Assembly: GCA_965240325.2 (NCBI GenBank)
Contig: OZ251225.1
Location: forward strand, 806,001-870,000
Origin: Rebecca billardiae RCC1528
Lineage: Eukaryota > Protista > Haptophyta
Direction: 5' to 3'
Length of the DNA: 64,000 nucleotides
This document shows positions 1-12,000 of the stretch, piece after piece (within the stretch, counting starts at the first letter, position 1; each line of letters begins with the position of its first letter). Under the pieces are notes generated by a model that ran no database searches, had not been told where the DNA came from, and was given only the letters and a program-made list of their open reading frames with translations. A program made the translations under genes and the position numbers.

Positions 1-3000
1 CGGCGGAGGCGGCGGCCGCGCCCACCGCCGCCGCGTCCGCGGCCGCGAGCTCGGTCGCGGGCGCGCCGAGCGTGGCGTTGAGCGCGCTCAGCAGCGCGGC
101 GCTCTCGGCAGCGCCCACGCCCGTCGTCGCCGCCGCCGCGCCGATCGCCGCCGCCTGCGCCAGCGCGCTCAGCTGCATCTCGCCCGTCGCGAGCGCCGCC
201 GGCGGCGCGGCGCTCACAACCGCCTGCAGCGTGAAGGTGGCGTGTGCGCGCGACTCCGCCTCCTGCAGGGCGCCCGCGCGCGCGGCGCCCGCGCTGAGCT
301 GGAGGAGCGAGAGCGAGACGGCCGCCTCCGCGGCGAGGGACGCGTTGGCGGGCGCGGGGCCGCCCAGCTCCGCGGCGATCGCGCCGGCGAGCTGCAGCGA
401 GCGAGTCGTGTCGCCCGCTGCGAGCGCGAGCTGTGCGCGCGCCACCGCCGCGCTCACGGCCGCGTCTGCCACCGCGCCGCCCGAGCCGGGCACGGCGGCG
501 TCGGCGGCGTCGGCGCGGAGCGAATACACGCGCACGAATGCCGCCGCGCGCGCGCTCGCGCCGAGCGCGTCCGCCACGCGCACGTACAGCGTGCGGTTGC
601 CCGCGGGCAGCAGCGCGAGCGCGTGCGCCGAGCGCTGCGCCGCGCCGAGCGCCGCGGCCGCGCCCTCGTCCGCGGCCGCGTGCGAGAAGGCGTAGCTGAG
701 CGGCAGGTCGTCCGCGTCGTCGTCCGTCCAGCTGTCCGCGCGCAGCGCGAACACGGTGAGCGCCGCGATCCCGCGCTCCGGCGAGACCGCCAGCCCGCCG
801 CCGTGCGGCGGCCGGTTGACCACCACGACCAGCTCCGCGACCGCCGCGCGGCCGGCCGCGCCGTCCGCGCGCCGCGTCGCGCGCACCTCGAACGCGTAGG
901 TCGCGCCCGGGCTGAGCGCGCCGCTGCGGAAGCCGAGCGCGGGCTGCGCAGCGCCCGTCGTCGTGACGGCGGACGTGTCCGCTAGCTCGAGCGGCGCGGG
1001 CGCGCGCGCGCCGCCCGCGCCCACGAGCCACGCGCGCCACACAAAGTCGTGCGCCGCCTCCGCGTCCGCGCCGTCGGCGAGCTCGGCGTCCGCGGCGGCG
1101 TCGATGGTGGCGCGGAGGACGAGGCGGCCGCTGCTGCGCTCCCACGTGGGCGCGACCTTGCGCGTGCCGAGTGGCACGAGGCGCAGCGCCGGCAGCGGCG
1201 CCGATGCCGCCGCCACGTCCACCCTTGCCTCCGCCTCCGCGGGCGCGAGCGCGGGCGTGCCGGGCGCGGACACGAGCACGCGCACGAGATACGCCGCGCC
1301 GTGCGGCAGCGCGCCCGGCGGCAGCAGCAGCGTGGGCGAGGTGGCGTTGGCGAGGTCGAGCTCGACGGGCGCGCCGTCGGACGCGCGCGCCACCGCCCAC
1401 GCGAACGCGAGCCCGCCGCCCGCCGCCTCGTTCGGGTTGGCCGAGGCGGAGGCGTCCAGCCGCACCGCGTCGGCGCCGCCCACGCGCGCGGCGCTCGGCG
1501 TGAGCGCGGCGCGCAGCGGCAGGTACGGCACGCGCAGCGAGACGTCGGCGCTCGCGCTGAGCTCGGGCGCGGCGGCCATTGTCGCGAGCACGCGCAGCGT
1601 GTACGCGTGCCCCGCGCTCAGCGACCACGGCGGCAGCCGCAGCGTCGCGCCGGCGGCGTCGCTCAGGTCGGGCACGCGCGGCGCCGCGGCACTCGGCGCG
1701 GCCATGCCGCTGCGGTCGACGTCGTCGTCGCGCGTCACGTTGAGCACCGCCCAGCCGAAGCGCACCTGCGCGGAGAGCGTGGATGGCCAGCACGGGGACA
1801 GACCGACGTTCGCCGAGAGACGCACGGCGCTGCCCGCGCGCGCGAGCACGCCCGACGACCGCCCATCCACCTCGACGCTCGGGCCGTCCGGCGGCGCGCG
1901 CGCCACGGCGTGCGTCGCGGGCGCGGACGCGATGCCGAGCGCGGAGGTGAGGACGAGGGAGAAGACGAAGCCGCCCTCGGCGCCGAGCGCGGACGGGCCG
2001 AGCTCGAGCACCGCCTGCGTCGGCGGCAGCGCCTCGAGCAACGCCGACAACGCCGCCACCGTCGCGGCAGGCGGCGGGTCTGCCGCGAGCGGCGCCACGC
2101 GCCACTCAAAGGAGAGAGGCAAGACACCGCCTCCGCCGCCCACGCCGCCGACGAGGCGGAGGGCGGCGCCGGCGCACGTCGGTAATGCGCGCGCGCCGGA
2201 CACGCTTGCGATGGGCGCGGCGCACGCTGAGCTCACGCCGCACGGGGCGTCCGCCGAGATCACCACGCTCGCCGCAGCCGCGTACGCGTGCGCCGCGCAC
2301 GGCGCTGCGGGCGCGCGCGCCGCGCACGCGACGTGGGCGATGACCCCAGCGCGCACGCCCACGCGGTCGCCCGGCCGGACGAGCGAGGCCGCGCGCAGGT
2401 TCACGACGAGCGAGCGGTCGTCCCGCCAGTAGCACTGCCGCTCGCGTGCGCCGCCGTGGGCCGCCTCGGCCGCGGCCGCGTCGCCGGCCACGAGGCCGAG
2501 CGTCTCGTCGTCGAGCAGCGGCGCGCATCGCGCCAGCCCGGCGTTCAGCCCGCCGCGGTCGGTCGGCGCGTCGAAGCGGAGGACGAGGCTGGTGGCGCTC
2601 GCGTCGAACTCGGCGGACTCGAGCGCCGGCGCGGCGAGAGGTGGCGGCGGCGGCGGTGCCGAGGGTGGCGGCGGCGGCGGCGGGCCTGGCGGCGGGCTCG
2701 GCGGCGGCAGCGGAGGCTTGCGCGGAGGCGGCGCGCTTGGCGGTGGCGGTGACGCGCCCGAGGGCGGCGCCGATGGCGGAGGCGAGGGCGGGTCCAAAGC
2801 ACGGAGGCTTGGGGGCGGGGACGGCGGCGGGGACGGCGGCAGGCTCGAGGGCTGTGCCGGAGACGGCTGCGGCGGCGGGAACGGCGGCGGCGCGGACGGC
2901 AGAACGGCCGGAGGTGGGCTCGGCGGTGGCGACGGTGGCGGTGACCGCATCGGGCGCGGCGGCGAGGGTGGCGGCGATGGCGGTGGCGACGGCGGTGCGC

Positions 3001-6000
3001 GCGGAGGCGGTGGTTGTGGCGGTGGAGAACGCAGCAGGCCCGGTGGCCAGCTCGGCGGCGGCACTGGTGGCGGCGAAGGTGGCAGAGCAGGCGGCGCGCT
3101 CGGCGGTGGCCTGGACGGTGGCAACGGCGGAGGGCTTGGTGGCGGGTGCCGTGGCATGGAAGGCGGTCGCGACGGCGGCAGTGGCGGCATCGCCATGCCC
3201 GGGGGTTGCGACGGTGGCAGGAACGGTGGCAGCGACGGCGGTGGCGTCGGCGGCAGCGACGGGGGCGCAGACGGCGGCGGCAAGGGCGGCGGGCTGGGCG
3301 GCCGCAATGGGAAGGGCGCTGGAGGTGGGCTCGGCGGCGGCGATGGCGGGAACGAGGGCTGCGTGCTTGGCGGGGTAGACGGCGGCAGCGAGGGCGGTGG
3401 CGTGGGCGGCGGGGAGGGCAGCGGCGGCAAAGGTGGTGGACTGGGGGGCGGCGATGGCGGCGGCGAAGGTGGTGGGCTTGGCGGCGGTGATGGTGGCAGC
3501 GATGGAGGCGGTGACAGCGGGGGGGGGCTGGAAGGCGGGAACGGTGGCGGCGATGGGGGCGGAGAAGGCAGCGGAGCGGGCGGTGGCGGGCGTGGTGGAG
3601 GGCTGGGCGGTGGCAATGGCGGCGGCGAATGCAGTGGGCTTGGAGGTGGGCTCGGCGGCGGGCTCGGCGTCAGTGCCGGCGGCAGCGATGGCGGCGGCCT
3701 TGGCGGCACCGACGGTGGCGGTGATGGCGGCGGCGACGAAGGCGGTGCTGGCAGTGGCTGGGCCGGCGGCGGGCTTGGCGGCGGCGACGGCGGCGGCAAA
3801 GGCGGTGGGCTGGGCGGTGGCGATGGTGGCGATGATGGAGGCGGCGAAGGCCGGGGGCTTGGAGGCGGAAACGGGGGCGGCGATGGCGGCGGTGACGGCG
3901 GCGGTGCAGGCGGTGGCGGGCGTGGCCGCGGGCTCGGCGGTGGGGACGGCGGTGGCACCGACGGTGGCGGTGATGGTGGTGGCGATGGTGGTACCGACGG
4001 TGGCGGTGACGGTGGCGGCGCAGGCGGTGGCGGGCCTGGTGGCGGGCTCGGCGGTGGGGCCGGCGACGGCACTGGAGGCGGGCTCGGCGGCGGCGATGGC
4101 GGCACCGACGGTGGCGGTGATGGTGGTGGCGCCGGCGGTGGCGGGCCTGGCGGCGGGCTCTGCGGTAGCGAAGGCGGCGGCACCGGCGGCGGGCTCGGCG
4201 GCGGGGACGGCGAATCTGATGGCGGTGGCGAAGGTGGCAGTGCCGGCGGGGGCGCCGTTCGCGGCGGGCTCGGCGGTGGCGAAGGCGGCGGCACCGGAGG
4301 CGGGCTCGGCGGCGGCGATGGCGGCACCGACGGTGGCGGTGACGGTGGTGGCGCCGGCGGTGGCAGGCCTGGCGGCGGGCTCGGCGGTGGGGATGGCGGC
4401 GGCGATGGCGGCGGGCTCGGCGGCGGGGATGGCAGCACCGACGGTGGCGGTGATGGTGGCGGCGCCGGCGGCGGCAGGCCGGGCAGCGGGCTCGGAGGCG
4501 GCGATGGCGGCGGCGATGGCGACGGGCTCGGCGGCGGCGTTGGTGGCACCGACGGTGGCGGTGATGGTGGTGGCGCCGGCGGCGGCGGCGCGGGCGGCGG
4601 GCTCGGCAGCGGCGATGGCGGCGGCGATGGCGGCGGGCTCGGCGGCGGGAATGGCGGCACTGACGGTGGCGGTGATGGTGGCGGCGCCGGCGGCGGCGGC
4701 GCGGGTGGCGGGCTGGGCGGCGGCGATGGCGGCGGCGATGGCGGCGGGCTCGGCGGCGGGAATGGCGGCACTGACGGTGGCGGTGATGGTGGCGGCGCCG
4801 GCGGTGGCGGAGCGGGCGGCGGGCTGGGCGGTGGGGATGGCGGCGGCGATGGCGGCGGGCTCCTCGGCGGCGGGGATGGTGGCACCGACGGTGGCGGTGA
4901 TGGTAGTGGCGCCGGCGGCGGCGGGCCTGGTGGCGGGCTCGGCGGTGGGGATGGCGGCGGCGATGGCGGCGGGCTCGGCGGTGGCGAAGGAGGCGGCACC
5001 AGAGGCGGGTTCGGCGGCGGGGATGGCGGCACCGACGGTGGCGGTGATGGTGGCGGCGCCGGCGGCGGCGGGCCTGGCGGCGGGCTCGGCGGTGGGGATG
5101 GCGGCGGCGATGGCGGCGGGCTCGGCGGCGGCGATGGCGGCACCGACGGTGGCGGTGACGGTGGTGGCGCCGGCGGTGGCGGGCCTGGCGGCGGGCTCGG
5201 CGGCGGCGATGGCGGCGGCGATGGCGGCGGGCTCGGCGGCGGGGATGGCGGCACCGACGGTGGCGGTGATGGTGGCGGCGCCGGCGGCGGCGGTGCGGGC
5301 GGCGGGCTCGGCGGCGGCGATGGCGGCGGCGATGGCGGCGGGCTCGGCGGCGGGGATGGCGGCAACGACGGTGGCGGTGATGGTGGTGGCGCCGGCGGCG
5401 GTGGTGCGGGTGGCGGGCTCGGCGGTGGGGATGGCGGCGGCGATGGCGGCGGGCTCGGCGGCGGCGATGGTGGCACCGACGGTGGCGGTGACGGTGGTGG
5501 CGCCGGCGGCGGCGGGCCTGGCGGCGGGCTGGGCGGTGGGGATGGCGGCGGCACCGGAGGCAGGCTCGGCGGCGGCGATGGCGGCACCGACGGTGGCGGT
5601 GATGGTGGCGGCGCCGGCGGCGGCGGGGCGGGCGGCGGGCTCGGCGGCGGCGATGGCGGCGGCGATGGCGGCGGGCTCGGCGGCGGGGATGGCGGCACCG
5701 ACGGTGGCGGTGATGGTGGCGGCGCCGGCGGCGGCGGTGCGGGCGGCGGGCTCGGCGGCGGCGATGGCGGCGGCGATGGCGGCGGGCTCGGCGGCGGGGA
5801 TGGCGGCCCCGACGGTGGCGGTGATGGTGGTGACGCCGGCGGCGGCGGGCCTGGCGGCGGGCTCGGTGGTGGCGAAGGAGGCGGCACCGGAGGCGGGCTT
5901 GGCGGCGGCGATGGCGGCACCGACGGTGGCGGTGATGGTGGCGGCGCCGGCGGCGGCGGCGCGGGCGGCGGGCTCGGCGGTGGGGATGGCGGCGGCGATG

Positions 6001-9000
6001 GCGGCGGGCTCGGCGGCGGGGATGGCGGCACCGACGGTGGCGGTGACGGTGGTGGCGCCGGCGGCGGCGGGCCTGGCGGCGGGCTGGGCGGTGGGGATGG
6101 TGGCGGCGATGGCGGCGGGCTCGGCGGCGGGGATGGCGGCACCGACGGTGGCGGTGATGGTGGTGGCGCCGGCGGCGGTGGTGCGGGCGGCGGGCTCGGC
6201 GGTGGGGATGGCGGCGGCGATGGCGGCGGGCTCGGCGGCGGGGATGGCGGCACCGACGGTGGCGGTGATGGTGGCGGCGCCGGCGGCGGCGGGCCTGGCG
6301 GCGGGCTCGGTGGTGGCGAAGGAGGCGGCACCGGAGGCGGGCTCGGCGGCGGGGATGGCGGCACCGACGGTGGCGGTGACGGTGGTGGCGCCGGCGGTGG
6401 CGGCGCGGGCGGCGGGCTCGGTGGTGGCGAAGGAGGCGGCACCGGAGGCGGGCTTGGCGGCGGCGATGGCGGCACCGACGGTGGCGGTGATGGTGGCGGC
6501 GCCGGCGGCGGCGGCGCGGGCGGCGGGCTGGGCGGTGGGGATGGCGGCGGCGATGGCGGCGGGCTCGGCGGCGGGGATGGCGGCACCGACGGTGGCGGTG
6601 ATGGTGGCGGCGCCGGCGGCGGCGGTGCGGGCGGCGGGCTCGGCGGCGGCGATGGCGGCGGCGATGGCGGCGGGCTCGGCGGCGGGGATGGCGGCACCGA
6701 CGGTGGCGGTGATGGTGGCGGCGCCGGCGGCGCCGGCGCGGGCGGCGGGCTGGGCGGTGGGGATGGCGGCGGCGATGGCGGCGGGCTCGGCGGCGGGGAT
6801 GGCGGCACCGACGGTGGCGGTGACGGTGGTGGCGCCGGCGGTGGCGGGCCTGGCGGCGGGCTCGGTGGTGGCGAAGGAGGCGGCACCGGAGGCGGGCTTG
6901 GCGGCGGCGATGGCGGCACCGACGGTGGCGGTGATGGTGGCGGCGCCGGCGGCGGCGGCGCGGGCGGCGGGCTCGGCGGTGGGGATGGCGGCGGCGATGG
7001 CGGCGGGCTCGGCGGCGGGGATGGCGGCACCGACGGTGGCGGTGACGGTGGTGGCGCCGGCGGCGGCGGGCCTGGCGGCGGGCTGGGCGGTGGGGATGGT
7101 GGCGGCGATGGCGGCGGGCTCGGCGGCGGGGATGGCGGCACCGACGGTGGCGGTGATGGTGGTGGCGCCGGCGGCGGTGGTGCGGGCGGCGGGCTCGGCG
7201 GTGGGGATGGCGGCGGCGACGGCGGCGGGCTCGGCGGCGGGGATGGCGGCACCGACGGTGGCGGTGACGGTGGTGGCGCCGGCGGTGGCGGGCCTGGCGG
7301 CGGGCTCGGTGGTGGCGAAGGAGGCGGCACCGGAGGCGGGCTCGGCGGCGGGGATGGCGGCACCGACGGTGGCGGTGATGGTGGCGGCGCCGGCGGCGGC
7401 GGGCCTGGCGGCGGGCTCGGTGGTGGCGAAGGAGGCGGCACCGGAGGCGGGCTCGGCGGCGGCGATGGCGGCACCGACGGTGGCGGTGATGGTGGCGGCG
7501 CCGGCGGTGGCGGGCCTGGCGGCGGGCTCGGTGGTGGCGAAGGAGGCGGCACCGGAGGCGGGCTCGGCGGCGGGGATGGCGGCACCGACGGTGGCGGTGA
7601 TGGTGGCGGCGCCGGCGGCGGCGGGCCTGGCGGCGGGCTCGGTGGTGGCGAAGGAGGCGGCACCGGAGGCGGGCTCGGCGGCGGCGATGGCGGCACCGAC
7701 GGTGGCGGTGATGGTGGCGGCGCCGGCGGCGGCGGGGCGGGCGGCGGGCTCGGCGGTGGGGATGGCGGCGGCGATGGCGGCGGGCTCGGCGGCGGGGAGG
7801 GCGGCACCGACGGTGGCGGTGACGGTGGTGGCGCCGGCGGTGGCGGGCCTGGCGGCGGGCTCGGTGGTGGCGAAGGAGGCGGCACCGGAGGCGGGCTTGG
7901 CAGCGGCGATGGCGGCACCGACGGTGGCGGTGATGGTGGCGGCGCCGGCGGCGGCGGGGCGGGCGGCGGGCTCGGCGGTGGGGATGGCGGCGGCGATGGC
8001 GGCGGGCTCGGCGGCGGCGATGGCGGCACCGACGGTGGCGGTGATGGTGGTGGCGCCGGCGGCGGCGGGCCTGGCGGCGGGCTGGGAGGTGGGGATGGCG
8101 GCGGCGATGGCGGCGGGCTCGGCGGCGGGGATGGCGGCACCGACGGTGGCGGTGACGGTGGTGGCGCCGGCGGCGGCGGGCCTGGCGGCGGGCTGGGCGG
8201 TGGGGATGGCGGCGGCGATGGCGGCGGGCTCGGCGGCGGGGATGGCGGCACCGACGGTGGCGGTGATGGTGGCGGCGCCGGCGGCGGCGGGGCGGGCGGC
8301 GGGCTCGGCGGTGGGGATGGCGGCGGCGATGGCGGCGGGCTCGGCGGCGGCGATGGCGGCACCGACGGTGGCGGTGATGGTGGTGGCGCCGGCGGCGGCG
8401 GGCCTGGCGGCGGGCTGGGAGGTGGGGATGGCGGCGGCGATGGCGGCGGGCTCGGCGGCGGCGATGGCGGCACCGACGGTGGCGGTGACGGTGGTGGCGC
8501 CGGCGGCGGCGGGCCTGGCGGCGGGCTGGGCGGTGGGGATGGCGGCGGCGATGGCGGCGGGCTCGGCGGCGGGGATGGCGGCACCGACGGTGGCGGTGAT
8601 GGTGGCGGCGCCGGCGGCGGCGGGCCTGGCGGCGGGCTCGGTGGTGGCGAAGGAGGCGGCACCGGAGGCGGGCTTGGCGGCGGCGATGGTGGCACCGACG
8701 GTGGCGGTGATGGTGGCGGCGCCGGCAGCGGCGGCGCGGGCGGCGGGCTGGGCGGTGGGGATGGCGGCGGCACCGGAGGCAGGCTCGGCGGCGGGGATGG
8801 CGGCACCGACGGTGGCGGTGATGGTGGCGGCGCCGGCGGCGGCGGTGCGGGCGGCGGGCTCGGCGGCGGCGATGGCGGCGGCGATGGCGGCGGGCTCGGC
8901 GGCGGGGATGGCGGCACCGACGGTGGCGGTGATGGTGGCGGCGCCGGCGGCGGCGGCGCGGGCGGCGGGCTGGGCGGTGGGGATGGCGGCGGCGATGGCG

Positions 9001-12000
9001 GCGGGCTCGGCGGCGGGGATGGCGGCACCGACGGTGGCGGTGACGGTGGTGGCGCCGGCGGTGGCGGGCCTGGCGGCGGGCTCGGTGGTGGCGAAGGAGG
9101 CGGCACCGGAGGCGGGCTTGGCGGCGGCGATGGCGGCACCGACGGTGGCGGTGATGGTGGCGGCGCCGGCGGCGGCGGCGCGGGCGGCGGGCTCGGCGGT
9201 GGGGATGGCGGCGGCGATGGCGGCGGGCTCGGCGGCGGGGATGGCGGCACCGACGGTGGCGGTGACGGTGGTGGCGCCGGCGGCGGCGGGCCTGGCGGCG
9301 GGCTGGGCGGTGGGGATGGTGGCGGCGATGGCGGCGGGCTCGGCGGCGGGGATGGCGGCACCGACGGTGGCGGTGATGGTGGTGGCGCCGGCGGCGGTGG
9401 TGCGGGCGGCGGGCTCGGCGGTGGGGATGGCGGCGGCGATGGCGGCGGGCTCGGCGGCGGGGATGGCGGCACCGACAGTGGCGGTGACGGTGGTGGCGCC
9501 GGCGGTGGCGGCCCTGGCGGCGGGCTCGGTGGTGGCGAAGGAGGCGGCACCGGAGGCGGGCTCGGCGGCGGGGATGGCGGCACCGACGGTGGCGGTGATG
9601 GTGGCGGCGCCGGCGGCGGCGGGCCTGGCGGCGGGCTCGGTGGTGGCGAAGGAGGCGGCACCGGAGGCGGGCTCGGCGGCGGCGATGGCGGCACCGACGG
9701 TGGCGGTGATGGTGGCGGCGCCGGCGGCGGCGGGGCGGGCGGCGGGCTCGGCGGTGGGGATGGCGGCGGCGATGGCGGCGGGCTCGGCGGCGGGGAGGGC
9801 GGCACCGACGGTGGCGGTGACGGTGGTGGCGCCGGCGGTGGCGGGCCTGGCGGCGGGCTCGGTGGTGGCGAAGGAGGCGGCACCGGAGGCGGGCTCGGCG
9901 GCGGCGATGGCGGCACCGACGGTGGCGGTGATGGTGGTGGCGCCGGCGGCGGCGGGCCTGGCGGCGGGCTGGGAGGTGGGGATGGCGGCGGCGATGGCGG
10001 CGGGCTCGGCGGCGGGGATGGCGGCACCGACGGTGGCGGTGACGGTGGTGGCGCCGGCGGCGGCGGGCCTGGCGGCGGGCTGGGCGGTGGGGATGGCGGC
10101 GGCGATGGCGGCGGGCTCGGCGGCGGGGATGGCGGCACCGACGGTGGCGGTGATGGTGGCGGCGCCGGCGGCGGCGGGCCTGGCGGCGGGCTCGGTGGTG
10201 GCGAAGGAGGCGGCACCGGAGGCGGGCTTGGCGGCGGCGATGGCGGCACCGACGGTGGCGGTGATGGTGGCGGCGCCGGCGGCGGCGGAGCGGGCGGCGG
10301 GCTGGGCGGTGGGGTTGGCGGCGGCGATGGCGGCGGGCTCGGCGGCGGGGATGGCGGCACCGACGGTGGCGGTGATGGTGGCGGCGCCGGCGGTGGCGGG
10401 CCTGGCGGCGGGCTGGGCGGTGGGGATGGCGGCGGCACCGGAGGCGGGCTCGGCGGCGGCGATGGCGGCACCGACGGTGGCGGTGATGGTGGCAGCGCCG
10501 GCGGCGGCGGGCCTGGCGGCGGGCTGGGCGGTGGGGATGGCGGCGGCGATGGCGGCGGGCTCGGCGGCGGGGATGGCGGCACCGACGGTGGCGGTGACGG
10601 TGGTGGCGCCGGCGGTGGCGGGCCTGGCGGCGGGCTCGGTGGTGGCGAAGGAGGCGGCACCGGAGGCGGGCTCGGCGGCGGGGATGGCGGCGCCGACGGT
10701 GGCGGTGACGGTGGTGGCGCCGGCGGTGGCGGTCCTGGCGGCGGGCTCGGTGGTGGCGAAGGAGGCGGCACCGGAGGCGACCTCGGCGGCGGGGATGGCG
10801 GCACCGACGGTGGCGGTGATGGTGGCGGCGCCGGCGGTGGCGGAGCGGGCGGCGGGCTGGGCGGTGGGGATGGCGGCGGCGATGGCGGCGGGCTCGGCGG
10901 CGGGGATGGCGGCACCGACGGCGGCGGTGACGGCGGTGGCAGTGGCGGCGGCGGAGCTGGTGGTGGGCTCGGCGGCGGAGACGGTGGCGGAGACGGTGGG
11001 CCGATGGGCGGCAGGCTCGGTGGGAGCGACGGTGGCGGTGATGGCGGTGGCGACGGCGGCGGCGACGGTGGCGGGCTCGGTGGCGGCGACGGCGGTGGTG
11101 GGCTTGGCGGCGGTGATGGTGGCGGTGATGGCGGCGGGCTTGGCGGTAGCAATGGCGGCGGCGGGCTCGGCGGCGGCGACGGCGGCGGCGATGGCGGTGG
11201 GCTCGGCGGTGGCAATGGCGGCGGTGGGCTCGGCGGTGGCATCGGCGGTGGCGACGGTGGCGGGCTCGGTGGCGGCGACGGCGGTGGTGGGCTCGGCGGC
11301 GGTGATGGTGGCGGTGATGGCGGCGGGCTCGGCGGTAGCAATGGCGGCGGCGGGCTCGGCGGCGGTGACGGCGGCGGCGATGGCGGTGGGCTCGGCGGTG
11401 GCAATGGTGGCGGTGGGCTCGGCGGCGGCGACGGCGGTGGCGACGGTGGCGGGCTCGGTGGCGGCGACGGCGGTGGTGGGCTCGGCGGCGGTGATGGTGG
11501 CGGTGATGGCGGCGGGCTCGGCGGTAGCAATGGCGGCGGCGGGCTCGGCGGCGGTGACGGCGGCGGCGATGGCGGTGGGCTCGGCGGTGGCAATGGCGGC
11601 GGTGGGCTCGGCGGCGGCGACGGCGGTGGCGACGGTGGCGGGCTCGGTGGCGGCAACGGCGGTGGTGGGCTCGGCGGTGGGGATGGTGGCGGTGATGGCG
11701 GCGGGCTCGGTGGCGGCGATAGTGGCGGTGGGGCCGGCGGTGGCGACGGTGGCGGCGATGGTGGCGGGCTCGGCGGTGGTGGGCTCGGCGGCGGCGATGG
11801 TGGCGGCGATGGCGGTGGGCTTGGTGGTGGCAATGGCGGCGGTGGGCTCGGCGGCGGCATCGGCGGTGGCGACGGTGGCGGGCTCGGCGGCGGCGACGGC
11901 GGTGGTGGGATCGGCGGCGGCGACGGCGGCGGCGATGGCGGTGGGCTCGGCGGTGGCAATGGTGGCGGTGGGCTCGGCGGCGGCGACGGCGGTGGCGACG

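Noticed and set aside
4104-10950. Regular repeat array as a CRISPR or non-coding satellite
   Set aside because: There are no unique spacers and no cas genes; all units are multiples of 3 inside an ORF.
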